DNA of 64,000 bases, from positions 502-64,501 of IMG/VR virus record IMGVR_UViG_3300027653_000012. One strand, given 5' to 3'. This stretch comes from a virus. Position numbers and translations under genes: made by a program. Positions 55,119-64,000 of the stretch are shown here, in pieces. A model generated the notes under the pieces. That model was not told the origin of the DNA, made no database searches, and saw nothing but the letters and a program-made list of their open reading frames with translations. Each line of letters starts with the position of its first letter. Position 1 is the first letter of the stretch.

Positions 55119-55478
55119 CTATTCGCCGATAACCCCCTCGGGGAACAGCGGCTTATCTGCTTCCGGTGACAACATACCAAGCGCAGCCCTTTCAAACATC
55201 AGAAAGTGAAGCTCCACAGAAGGATGCGGTCTACTGTTTCGGATCCAGCTATTCGATGATCCCGGCTGATATCTCACCATCATTGCCAGCTCTCGGGGGG
55301 TCACTTGCATGGCCTCACACAATCGCAGGATTCGCTCTCGGTCGAAAGTAAGAGCATGTCGCAAACGATACCAATGGTCGCTTATGAGAAACTCCTTCGA
55401 CCCCGCTTTGTAGCGCCCCCTAATCAGTCTTTTGCGTTTTTCTGCATTCAGTTGCTTAGTCTTCTGTCTCGCTTTCAT
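55119..55478 (-). CDS. Hypothetical HTH-like protein
   Basis: MQVTPRELAMMV. Confidence 0.6.
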   Translation of the reverse strand: MKARQKTKQLNAEKRKRLIRGRYKAGSKEFLISDHWYRLRHALTFDRERILRLCEAMQVTPRELAMMVRYQPGSSNSWIRNSRPHPSVELHFLMFERAALGMLSPEADKPLFPEGVIGE

Positions 55479-55740
55479 TACGCCCGATCATCACCGCCAT
55501 CACCGGCTCACTCCCTGTGGGGAAAGCCGCAGGATCTTCGTCATCGCCGCCCTCTTCCTCGTCCAGCACCAGGCTGTCGATCGTCAATTCGATACCAGCG
55601 TCAGGATCATTGCTGAGAGTCGTATAATGAATAGTCAGGGTACCGCTGTCCCCCGGCTCCTTACCTCCCAACGCCGCCAGCAAATCCGGGTTTTCTCGGT
55701 AGTCTAAACGCAGTTTATTTTTATCAGAATTAGCTTCCAT
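55456..55740 (-). CDS. Acidic hypothetical protein
   Basis: ATG at 55740 (MEANSDKN...). Confidence 0.6.
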   Translation of the reverse strand: MEANSDKNKLRLDYRENPDLLAALGGKEPGDSGTLTIHYTTLSNDPDAGIELTIDSLVLDEEEGGDDEDPAAFPTGSEPVMAVMIGRNESETED

Positions 55741-55918
55741 TCTTAATCCTATTAAAGGGATTACAGACAAAGGCAATAGGTTTTCGGAGGAATGGGTACA
55801 AGTGGATCGGTGTTCAATGAAGGGCGAAAATCTGCAAAGGCGTACCCACGCACCTCTGCAGCAAAATACCCTGTCCGGAGACATCCTCCGACTCTATGCC
55901 CGATCCACTTAAAAGCTG

Positions 55919-57601
55919 TTAAACCATTTCGCACTGATACTCCTCTTCCCTTTCTGTCTCAGCTGTAACGATGCGACCGCCCGTTTGTCGATAGAAAATT
56001 GGATACGTCAGTGCGTCATAGGCGTGCTTATGGTCTGAATTTTTCTTGGGGTTCAGGGGCTTGTTCTTGTCCCCCTCAATGTTCTCTATAGCATCGATTG
56101 TTCTTACGCAGTGAGCATCCAGGTACAACTCCTCCCGCCCCAAAATCCCCATCAATAACTTGGCGCGAAACTCCACCGAATAATCCGGCCTGGGGCACTC
56201 GCGAAGCCGCACAGGCTGGTCAATCCACGGATAAGCGTGCGGATGTCCATCCAGTTCCGCCTTGGTTTTCTTCTCAAGTTCGGCGTGGTCAAAGCTCCCT
56301 GTTGTCGAGCGGAAACGATTAAACGCGCTCTTGTCCGAAATATGCTCAAAGTAAAAACGATGCTGCACTACCTCGCACCAATAGTTCATCTTTCGCAGTA
56401 GCTTTGGAGCTAGCACCTCGTAGTCCACCTGCTGCTTGATGATGATTAGCTCATCAAAAACAACCCACACCACTTTGTCCTTCGTCGGCACTTCCTGCAT
56501 GAAGACGATTCCGTGGTTCACGTCTCCCAAGTCGTAGCCGATAGTGATCGGAAGCCCCTTTACCGGCTGGACACGCCGATTGCTCTTTGTGTTGCCGACG
56601 ACGTGGATGTCCTTATTAAAGTGGTCCTTAAAAATTGCCTCCCCGCTGGGCCGGTCAATCCAGCGCCCCTCCACCAATCGAGCCTGGTCCACCGGATCGT
56701 CGGCGTAGGATTCACGCAGTCCCTCCAGGTATTCTTCGGTCAACCAACGGATATTCTCCTCGAACGGTACGAAATACCAAGCGAAGTTCCGCCGCCGCTT
56801 GATCCCCGGCATTTCCGGGTCTTTCGGCCACGGCTTTCCGTTTTCGTTGTCCACGCACGTTTCGTAGCCCAGCTTGTAGAGCCAGTGGCTCGGACCCAAT
56901 GGGTTGAACGACGCTAAAAACTGTTGTGTTCCGGTGATTCCCTTCCGCCGTCCCAGCTGGGCGCGGAGCCGTCGATAATACTTGGGCGTATCGCAAGTGT
57001 CGATCTCCTCGAAATACACCATGCTCGGTTCAATCCCGCGTATCCGATCGTCAATGGTGCTTTGGTGCGGCAGCGCAATGAAGATGATGTAACTCTTCGT
57101 GCCGAACCGGTTGCGGATCCAAAGCGTCCGGTCCTTGGTCTGCGGGTCTAGCTTCGCCAGGCTGTATTCGAGCCCGATCCCATTGTCCAACAGTTCACCC
57201 TCCGGTTCTCCCGGTTTCGGCGGGGCTCGGTTTCCGTCCCTCCATTGCGGCAAGATGTTATTTTCAAGAGCGTTGCAGATTCCTTTGTTGATAACCCGAA
57301 TCGACCGGGCGCAGGCCAGCACCAGCGCGTTATGGTTCTCATAGCAATGCCGGATCATCCTGTGCGCGAAACCAACCGATTTCCCAGACCCCTTGGGGCC
57401 ATACCCAAAGATCACATTCGAGGAATCCTCAAAGATCTTCATCTGCGTCGGGTTCAGCAGCGGCCACCACGGCTCCGGCTCCTTCGGCTGCCCGACCTCC
57501 TTTTCCTGACGAAGCTCCTCCTCGGAGAAATACCCAACCCCTTCCGAGGCGTAAAACTCCTCTTCTTCAACAAGCAACCGAGCTATCTGTGTAGGCTTCA
57601 T
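55919..57601 (-). CDS. terL: Terminase large subunit
   Basis: GPKGSGKS, VYFEEID, FNP.G, RLVEGRW, IGYDLG, HAYDALTY. Confidence 0.92.
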   Translation of the reverse strand: MKPTQIARLLVEEEEFYASEGVGYFSEEELRQEKEVGQPKEPEPWWPLLNPTQMKIFEDSSNVIFGYGPKGSGKSVGFAHRMIRHCYENHNALVLACARSIRVINKGICNALENNILPQWRDGNRAPPKPGEPEGELLDNGIGLEYSLAKLDPQTKDRTLWIRNRFGTKSYIIFIALPHQSTIDDRIRGIEPSMVYFEEIDTCDTPKYYRRLRAQLGRRKGITGTQQFLASFNPLGPSHWLYKLGYETCVDNENGKPWPKDPEMPGIKRRRNFAWYFVPFEENIRWLTEEYLEGLRESYADDPVDQARLVEGRWIDRPSGEAIFKDHFNKDIHVVGNTKSNRRVQPVKGLPITIGYDLGDVNHGIVFMQEVPTKDKVVWVVFDELIIIKQQVDYEVLAPKLLRKMNYWCEVVQHRFYFEHISDKSAFNRFRSTTGSFDHAELEKKTKAELDGHPHAYPWIDQPVRLRECPRPDYSVEFRAKLLMGILGREELYLDAHCVRTIDAIENIEGDKNKPLNPKKNSDHKHAYDALTYPIFYRQTGGRIVTAETEREEEYQCEMV

Positions 57602-58464
57602 GTCGTTGGTTTTGTGCCTTGTGGATTGGATCCATGATAATGGATATGCTGCTCAAGCTTTGCTACCTGTGGCTTAAAGCCAGGTTTTGCCCTCGGCCCA
57701 TTGCCAGCATTTTCGCGCTCCAGCTTCTGGAGTTGCAGCCGCATCTTGTTTGCCGTTTCTGTGGCTCCGTTCAGCTTCCGGAGCTGATCCACATATTCGT
57801 TGGCGATCCGGAGATATTCAACGCGCTTGTCATGGGCCGTGGAGTAGTAGCCTTTCTCCGTAGTCTCGGTGAACTTTTCCGGGTCGTCGTCGATCTCCTG
57901 GATTTTTTCAAGGACACCCTCGTAGAGAAACAAGGTTCGGGTAAACGCATGTCCCATGCCCGCGAACGTTAAGTCCATCATGTTGCGGATGTTCTCGGTG
58001 TACCCAGCCTGAAGCCTTCTTAGAAACTCCCGTTCCTTTTTGTTCTTCCCGAGCTTCACCAACCCACCACGCATCGCAATCCGACGATCCTCGTGCTCAA
58101 TGGCTTCCACCAGCATAGCATCGCCTTGCTCAGACGTATGTAGAGCCTCTTGTGTCGGTGCACATTGCAGCACCCCTCCGCCCCCCACCGGCTTGGTGCG
58201 CTCCATTCTCATGATCTCTGCTGCCTTCCCCTGTGGAATCCGCTGGGCGCTCTTCTTTGGGTTAGGCCCGTAGCCGGGCATCCCGTGTTTCGCCCTCAAC
58301 GCCGTCACTCGTATCATGTTGGCCAACCGGGTTCGGCTGATCCCCATCTCCTTGGAAACTCGTGCGCGGTCCCCCTTGTATTTTGTCAGCAGATGATCCA
58401 CTTGAAGAATCTCGTGCTCGCTGTAAGTACGCTTCTTTTGCTTCCGAACCGTCATTACATGCAA
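57598..58464 (-). CDS. Probable terminase small subunit
   Basis: N-terminal HTH; overlaps the terL start. Confidence 0.6.
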   Translation of the reverse strand: MHVMTVRKQKKRTYSEHEILQVDHLLTKYKGDRARVSKEMGISRTRLANMIRVTALRAKHGMPGYGPNPKKSAQRIPQGKAAEIMRMERTKPVGGGGVLQCAPTQEALHTSEQGDAMLVEAIEHEDRRIAMRGGLVKLGKNKKEREFLRRLQAGYTENIRNMMDLTFAGMGHAFTRTLFLYEGVLEKIQEIDDDPEKFTETTEKGYYSTAHDKRVEYLRIANEYVDQLRKLNGATETANKMRLQLQKLERENAGNGPRAKPGFKPQVAKLEQHIHYHGSNPQGTKPTT

Positions 58465-58520
58465 CCTGCTATCACGCTTATAGGATTATATCAAGGTGCA
58501 ACTGGCGAGGAGCCTGCTAT

Positions 58521-58997
58521 TTAGGAAGATGCACTAGTCAAACGTGACGCGCTTTGCCGCTTCCATGGAGCACTCCCGCCGCAAGTGATGGGTTGAGCGG
58601 GGGCAGCGGTGGCCTTGGTTTGACGCACGGAGTCCGCCATCATCGAGATCATGCGGTAGAGATCGGGGTTCCGGCGCATGTAGTTGTTGATGTCGATCAG
58701 ATCCTGGCTGATCCCCTTCGATTCTTCGCTGGCAATACAGGGGTAGATTTCTTCGAGCGTGTGCCCGCTCGCTTCGATAACGTCTCGCAGCCTGGCTTCT
58801 AATACCAGAAGCCCGCGGAATGGGTCGTTCCAGTTTTTCGCGTCGCACATCTTCCGTAGTAGCTCGTCGGAAGGGGTCTGTCCTTGCATGACGCGAGTGA
58901 TATTGGCAGGTGCCACATTGACTGCCTTTGCGAAGTCAGCGGTGCGCTTCTTTTCTTCTTTAAGCATTGCCTGAAACACGTGAGCTAAGCTGTTCAT
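58521..58997 (-). CDS. XRE-family (CI-like) repressor
   Basis: ADFAKAVNVAPANITRVMQGQTPS HTH; divergent from the rightward operon. Confidence 0.8.
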   Translation of the reverse strand: MNSLAHVFQAMLKEEKKRTADFAKAVNVAPANITRVMQGQTPSDELLRKMCDAKNWNDPFRGLLVLEARLRDVIEASGHTLEEIYPCIASEESKGISQDLIDINNYMRRNPDLYRMISMMADSVRQTKATAAPAQPITCGGSAPWKRQSASRLTSASS

Positions 58998-59063
58998 TTT
59001 CAGAAAATGAAAAAATTTGCAGAAAATGGCAACTTTTTTCTTGCATCGTTTCAAAAAATGAAA
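58998..59063. promoter_or_regulatory. Divergent switch region with three operator-like palindromes TTTCA-N5-TGAAA
   Basis: 58998-59012 and 59049-59063 perfect; 59017-59031 degenerate. Confidence 0.7.
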
Positions 59064-59083
59064 TTTATTCCAGTCTCCAAAGT

Positions 59084-59311
59084 ATGAAGACAGTGAATCA
59101 ATCTTTACAGGAGACGAGAGACTTTGTGTTGGAAACGCTCAAATTCCGCAGACGAACCGCCCGTCATGCTGACGACACCACGGTTGTCGCAGCCACGGAC
59201 TATCTCGCAGACGTGTTGCGTCACATTGATATCGAGCACGCAAAACTTGTTCAAACTGCAGACGGGCCACAAATCGTGATCGAGCGAAAGAAAGGCGAAG
59301 TCAAATTTTAA
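59084..59311 (+). CDS. First gene of the rightward operon (Cro position)
   Basis: ATG at 59084, divergent from the repressor. Confidence 0.7.
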   Translation: MKTVNQSLQETRDFVLETLKFRRRTARHADDTTVVAATDYLADVLRHIDIEHAKLVQTADGPQIVIERKKGEVKF

Positions 59312-59391
59312 GTCCGCTTTTTTTTGTGCCTATCACTCAGGGATTACCTGATCGGGGCATCGATAAAAACCAAAACCTAAAAAGGAAAACC

Positions 59392-60096
59392 ATGAAGCCA
59401 AAACCAGACTACGGGTACTACCTCGTTGACATCGAGCGCGACGGCACGGACCCACAACCGGGCGATCAGTATTGGTGCACTCTCCATTGTAAATGGATAG
59501 ATCGCATTCGGCCGAAACTTCCCCTCGATGAAAACTACACCTACCGGCGCCGTGTGCCGGAGATCGAGGGTTATCGACTGCTCGGACTCGACGAGGTGAT
59601 CGTGCCAGGCACGATCTTTTTTGTGGAAGAAGATAGTGATCGTGATTTCGCCGACCCCGACCGCCACATTCAGACAGCGCATCAGTGGTCGTCGGTTAGG
59701 CATGTAATAGATCATTTCATCAACCACTGCCACTACGTCGCTTTCTACGCGCCGGTTGAAAAGCCAGAAAAAAAGTCCGAAGCAAACGGCTGGCTGCCGA
59801 TTGAGCAGTTTGACGCGGACAGGCACCTTCCGTGCTGGGTGACCAACGGCAAAACATATAAATTCGCGTCGTTCCGGCACGAAGGTCGTCCTGCTACAAT
59901 TAGCGGTTCGCGAGAATTCGACAACTCAATCACTTTCTTCTCCCCGATTACTCCACCCGCAGATCTTCCAAGCCAAGACCAATGTGCTTTTGAGAAATGG
60001 TGGAGCGAGAAAGATACGGCGGTGAAAGCCAACAAGGCGTCTGCAGAGGTTATTTGGAACGCAGCTCTGGAAGCAGCAAAGGAGGCCATAAAATGA
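59392..60096 (+). CDS. Hypothetical protein
   Basis: AAGGA SD; GWLPIE DUF551-like segment. Confidence 0.7.
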   Translation: MKPKPDYGYYLVDIERDGTDPQPGDQYWCTLHCKWIDRIRPKLPLDENYTYRRRVPEIEGYRLLGLDEVIVPGTIFFVEEDSDRDFADPDRHIQTAHQWSSVRHVIDHFINHCHYVAFYAPVEKPEKKSEANGWLPIEQFDADRHLPCWVTNGKTYKFASFRHEGRPATISGSREFDNSITFFSPITPPADLPSQDQCAFEKWWSEKDTAVKANKASAEVIWNAALEAAKEAIK

Positions 60097-60181
60097 AAAC
60101 CCAAATCCTCCTTGATACGCTCGCGATAGTGGCGGCCATCGGGGCTATCAGCGCAATCCTTATCTTAATGGGAGGTGCACT

Positions 60182-60367
60182 GTGATGTTTTATTACGGTC
60201 TAGCCGCCATCTTTTTTATGTGGGTCCTAACAATGACCTTAGTCGTCCTTTTGTCCGTCCTGGATGGCGGCTTTGGGATTCCCGTTAAAGGGATCCCTCG
60301 TGTTCTAACCATAGGAATGGCGGTAGTTATCGCTCTAATCGCAACTTTTTATATATGGCAAACTTAA
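60182..60367 (+). CDS. Small two-TM membrane protein
   Basis: GGAGG SD; two hydrophobic helices. Confidence 0.6.
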   Translation: MMFYYGLAAIFFMWVLTMTLVVLLSVLDGGFGIPVKGIPRVLTIGMAVVIALIATFYIWQT

Positions 60368-60600
60368 TCCTTAAAGAAATCGGAATCTCGCGAGAGCGGG
60401 TAAGAGAGATAACCAAAAATGCACACCCGGATCCCGACGAGCCAATCGAAAGGAATGATCCCGACGAGCCAATCGAAAGGAATTCCAGAATAACTCTGAC
60501 AAGAGGTGAATGGATGACAGTCCAAGAGGTAGCTAAAACGTCTGGGAAATCAATAAAGGGCCTTATTAGCGAGATAGTAAAGGAGGCTATAAATAAATGA
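60355..60600 (+). CDS. Small DNA-binding-like protein with a 27-bp tandem duplication
   Basis: IGISRERVREI; DPDEPIERN twice. Confidence 0.6.
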   Translation: MANLILKEIGISRERVREITKNAHPDPDEPIERNDPDEPIERNSRITLTRGEWMTVQEVAKTSGKSIKGLISEIVKEAINK

Positions 60601-60803
60601 GTAGCGAAGATAATACGAGCCGGAGTCTGCCACGCTTGGCATGGTCCCTGACGGAAACCGCTGAAATCCTAGGGCTTTCTTATACGACTGTATGGAGGCT
60701 TGTGAAACGCGGCAAGATTCGAGCCGTTCCGGGAATCGGGCATAAGCTGATTCCCCAAAAGGAAATCGAACGTTTTCTCGACACCGTGGAGGAAGTGCAG
60801 TGA
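60597..60803 (+). CDS. Excisionase-like HTH protein
   Basis: SLTETAEILGLSYTTVWRLVKRGKI ... EIERFL. Confidence 0.85.
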   Translation: MSSEDNTSRSLPRLAWSLTETAEILGLSYTTVWRLVKRGKIRAVPGIGHKLIPQKEIERFLDTVEEVQ

Positions 60804-61030
60804 TCAAAGAGCATCAAGGCTACGTCCATGTAAGACTGGGCAAGGTACAAGGGAACAAGGTTTACCGATCACCAAGATGCAGCCTGAGGGCTTATGACGT
60901 AGCTGTTGAGGAATGCCCTGCTGGCTGCGTCGTGTCGAGCTTTGAATACATGCAAAGCCGATCACCGGAGTCCTGCAAAGACCTGGAGGTGATCGATGTC
61001 ACAGCCAGAAAAACCAAAATCCAATACTAA
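60800..61030 (+). CDS. Hypothetical protein
   Basis: GTGA overlap. Confidence 0.55.
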   Translation: MIKEHQGYVHVRLGKVQGNKVYRSPRCSLRAYDVAVEECPAGCVVSSFEYMQSRSPESCKDLEVIDVTARKTKIQY

Positions 61031-61036
61031 TACTAA

Positions 61037-61255
61037 ATGAGAACCAGAATCGAAGAAGCCATAATTAGCGCAACACATGCGTGTGCGTATGCTTGTGACA
61101 GTCATAATCCGGAAGCCGCTGCTAGGTTCGCAGATATCGCTGCTAGGCTCGCAGATATTGCACTAACACTAAGTAAGACTGTCGTCACAGTAAATGAGGT
61201 CGAGAACCAAAACGGAACCAAAGAAATAAACACGAAAGAAAGTCATGTCAGATAA
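61037..61255 (+). CDS. Hypothetical protein
   Basis: Internal AAR.ADI duplication. Confidence 0.55.
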   Translation: MRTRIEEAIISATHACAYACDSHNPEAAARFADIAARLADIALTLSKTVVTVNEVENQNGTKEINTKESHVR

Positions 61256-62048
61256 CACAGCAATTGAAATAAGTGATGCGTCGGGTGCAGCTGCTATTGA
61301 GCAAATCACCCGTGGCGAAATCGACGCGCAAGTCGCAACAGCAAAACGGTATCCGCGCGATATTCGGCAGGCAAAAGCGGATATGGAAGAGTTGGCAACT
61401 CTCGACGAAGAGACAGCGCAATCCATGTTTTACAGCCTTCCCCGAGGCGGCAAAAGCATTCAGGGGCCGTCGGTAAGAATGGCTGAGGTAGCCATCGCTT
61501 GTTATGGCAATATTCGGGCCGGGGCACGTGTAATCAACGTAGATACTGACGCTTGTGTAGTCACCGTTCAGGGCGTAGTGCATGACCTGCAAAAGAACAT
61601 AGCAGTGACGGTGGAGAAGCGTCGCCGAATCCTTAAAAAAAGGGGTGCGATCAAGCCGGATGAGGATATGATTATGCTCGCTTGCAACGCGGCTGCATCG
61701 ATCGCATTTCGAGATGCGACATTCAAGGTCATTCCGCTCGCTCTTGTTAAGCCGATCTACGAGCGGGCAATGAAGGTCGCTGTTGGTGACCTGAAGAGTC
61801 TTACGGCGAAACGCGATCAGATACTCACCGCACTCAAAAAATACGGTGCGGAAGAAGCAAACATCCTCGCAGTGATCGATCGCAAGGCGGTGGATGAAAT
61901 CACCCTAGAAGATCTGCAAACCTTGATCGGTCTTGGCACCGCACTCAAGAGCGGAGAGATAACCCTGGAGGATGCTTTCCCCGATCCCAAGCACCGCCCT
62001 GTAAAGGCCGAGATTGGTGACGAGGCATCAACGCAGGAGGAGGCATGA
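61245..62048 (+). CDS. Probable ssDNA-annealing/recombination protein
   Basis: EID.QVATAKRYPRD ... YSLPRGGK.I.GPSVR.AE; near a RecE-like nuclease. Confidence 0.65.
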   Translation: MSDNTAIEISDASGAAAIEQITRGEIDAQVATAKRYPRDIRQAKADMEELATLDEETAQSMFYSLPRGGKSIQGPSVRMAEVAIACYGNIRAGARVINVDTDACVVTVQGVVHDLQKNIAVTVEKRRRILKKRGAIKPDEDMIMLACNAAASIAFRDATFKVIPLALVKPIYERAMKVAVGDLKSLTAKRDQILTALKKYGAEEANILAVIDRKAVDEITLEDLQTLIGLGTALKSGEITLEDAFPDPKHRPVKAEIGDEASTQEEA

Positions 62049-62308
62049 GCGAAGAAACGAAAGAAGGTTTGTTTCGGCGTGCCCGCAAAGCGACCCGAGA
62101 CCATTACCGGAAGCTCTTCAGGAAGAGCCGCGTCAAAAGCTCGAAGGTCTCGCGCCACCCGGAAGCCGGTCACTTTAGGGCTCCTTCTAAAACTACCTAC
62201 TACCGCTATCCAAACGGCATGATCATTCGTACCTCACCAAAGCCTTACCAAATGAAGAAGCAGGCAAAGCTCTACAAACAAATTAATAGAAAACCCAAGG
62301 ACCCATGA
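62045..62308 (+). CDS. Basic hypothetical protein
   Basis: GGAGG SD, ATGA overlap. Confidence 0.6.
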   Translation: MSEETKEGLFRRARKATRDHYRKLFRKSRVKSSKVSRHPEAGHFRAPSKTTYYRYPNGMIIRTSPKPYQMKKQAKLYKQINRKPKDP

Positions 62309-62496
62309 TTATAAAATTCACACACTTCACACGCCGCCGTGCTGCTGGAACAATCGACCACCAATACTTCGAGGCTCTATGGGACCCAATCGAAGGCTGG
62401 GTGTTCCCGTGGTATCTCAACGACGCAAAGAAGGCGGCGCTGCACGAACGGATATTCAACCGGACGGTGCAGCAGGGAGGGGGTGACGAGGAATGA
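62305..62496 (+). CDS. Hypothetical protein
   Basis: ATGA overlaps on both sides. Confidence 0.55.
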   Translation: MIIKFTHFTRRRAAGTIDHQYFEALWDPIEGWVFPWYLNDAKKAALHERIFNRTVQQGGGDEE

Positions 62497-62801
62497 AGCC
62501 CAACTTCGTTGGTCTGATGTTGGCGGGCTGCCTCTTCATCGGCTTCGGCTTTTGGCAGGACATCGCCATTCTGACCTGCCTTGGCGGCATCGTTTTCGGG
62601 GGGTCCGCCATCGGTTGGATCCAGCACAAAGAAATCGTCGATCTGTATGGAGTCGTGCGAGTTCAGGATCTCCTCATTGGTGATCTTCACGTCCGTCAGG
62701 TGATCGCCCGCAATCAACAAGAAACCCGGCAGCTCGAAGAATCGGAAATCGACAGCGCCGACTGGTGGAAAACGGGGAAGGACTGGTATGGAAGCAACTG
62801 A
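62493..62801 (+). CDS. Membrane protein
   Basis: Two N-terminal hydrophobic helices. Confidence 0.6.
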   Translation: MKPNFVGLMLAGCLFIGFGFWQDIAILTCLGGIVFGGSAIGWIQHKEIVDLYGVVRVQDLLIGDLHVRQVIARNQQETRQLEESEIDSADWWKTGKDWYGSN

Positions 62802-63624
62802 GACCCCTGCCTTCGCCCCCGGTATCCACAAGGGCATCCCGGCGGAGACTTACCACCGCGCCAACGGGCTGAGCAATTCGATGCTCGGCCAGTTGGAGAA
62901 AAGTCCCGGCACGCTTCTGGCGAGTATGGCGAATCCGCCCGCAAGCACGCGTGCACAAATCATCGGCACGCTCTTTCACACCTTCTGTTTAGAGCCTGAA
63001 CTTGCGCCTGCAATCGTTTGCAAGCCTGAAGGTTTCACTCGCGCCCGGAAGGCCGATAAAGAATGGCTGGCCGAGCAAGAAGCGGAAGGCGTTCTCGTTC
63101 TTGATAAAGATGAGTGGGATTTCATCCACTTTGCCCGCGAGAACCTGTATTCTCACCCATTCCTCAAGCGACTCCTGAGCGTTCCCAGCCAGCGAGAATT
63201 ATCGTTATTCCACGAGGATGAGGCCGGTATCTTGCGCAAGTGTCGTGCAGACCTGTTGCCCGATTCAGGGAATGTCCTTGCCGATCTGAAATCCACTTCA
63301 TGCACCAGCATCGAAGAGTTCTCTAAGTCTGTTTTTGAGTGGGGATACCACCGGGGCGCTGCTTGGTATTTAGACATATGCAATGCACTGGGCATGGACC
63401 GAAATGTTTTCGGATTCATCGTCGCATCCAAAACGGCTCCTTACGCAGTGGACTGGCTCCCTCTTAGCAACAGAGCGATCGAGTTCGGGCGCAAGCGATA
63501 CTGCCGAGCACTGTCTGCTTACAAACATTATTTCATTCATGATCGCTGGGATGCTCCAAACGCGATCGAGCTACCAGAGTGGGCTGAATACAGAGAGATA
63601 CGAGCTGAGGAGGTGGGGCTATGA
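62788..63624 (+). CDS. RecE/exonuclease VIII-like PD-(D/E)XK nuclease (DUF3799-like)
   Basis: YH...GLS.S.L, GT.FH...LEP, KCRAD, DLKST, GYH..AAWY. Confidence 0.88.
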   Translation: MEATETPAFAPGIHKGIPAETYHRANGLSNSMLGQLEKSPGTLLASMANPPASTRAQIIGTLFHTFCLEPELAPAIVCKPEGFTRARKADKEWLAEQEAEGVLVLDKDEWDFIHFARENLYSHPFLKRLLSVPSQRELSLFHEDEAGILRKCRADLLPDSGNVLADLKSTSCTSIEEFSKSVFEWGYHRGAAWYLDICNALGMDRNVFGFIVASKTAPYAVDWLPLSNRAIEFGRKRYCRALSAYKHYFIHDRWDAPNAIELPEWAEYREIRAEEVGL

Positions 63625-64000
63625 TTTACCTACTGATCGCGATCGTAATTTTTGGTGGCTGCACTTTTTGCAAGATGGCATACGACGGCGCCATGAATAG
63701 GGACTGGCTTGCCGTAACCCATTGCCTGGTGATGGCGTTTTTGTGCGCGATCACCGTTGCGGCGTTTGCCTTCCGCTTGATTGGAGGTGCCGAATGAAGC
63801 AAGAAACCGAAGAGAAGCATCGAAAAAATACTTCTCGTGAGCTTTTCGAGGCAATAATCGAACATGCCAGGGAGATGTGCGGGAACGACCCACGAGAGAT
63901 GGCGGGGTATCTCGCGCAATTAGCTGCAGACGCGATCCTCCGCCCAGGAAAGATCGACCCGGAAAAATTTAGGAAAGGAGAGAAATGAAAATTGTAGCCT

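Overview
Most of a temperate tailed-phage genome, shown in permuted order; the SSB sequence and the A/C-rich, largely SD-less leaders suggest a PVC/Verrucomicrobia-type host (inference). Layout: 0.3-4.9 kb accessory genes; 4.9-8.7 kb MazG, SSB, replication initiator with iterons, DnaC-like loader; about 9.15 kb probable genome end/packaging region; 9.7-20.9 kb early/anti-defence operon (ArdC-N, MoxR+vWA, RadC, AAA, tyrosine recombinase); 20.9-58.5 kb minus-strand virion module (3112-aa polyvalent protein, tail, capsid, portal, terminase) interrupted by a tRNA/Rep-relic/ncRNA/HNH island; 58.5-64 kb repressor switch, Xis and recombination genes. Two unexpected systems stand out. (1) A phage-borne integron-like array at 475-4810: about ten attC sites lie on the minus strand, an attI-like simple site closes the array, and the phage genes run antisense. 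Most genes start inside their own attC loop, and all read in one fixed frame across the predicted AA|C crossover. (2) The early operon is punctuated by self-cleaving ribozymes (three type II hammerheads and one twister), a second hairpin repeat family and a large structured leader RNA. All calls were made by eye; no searches or folding programs were run.
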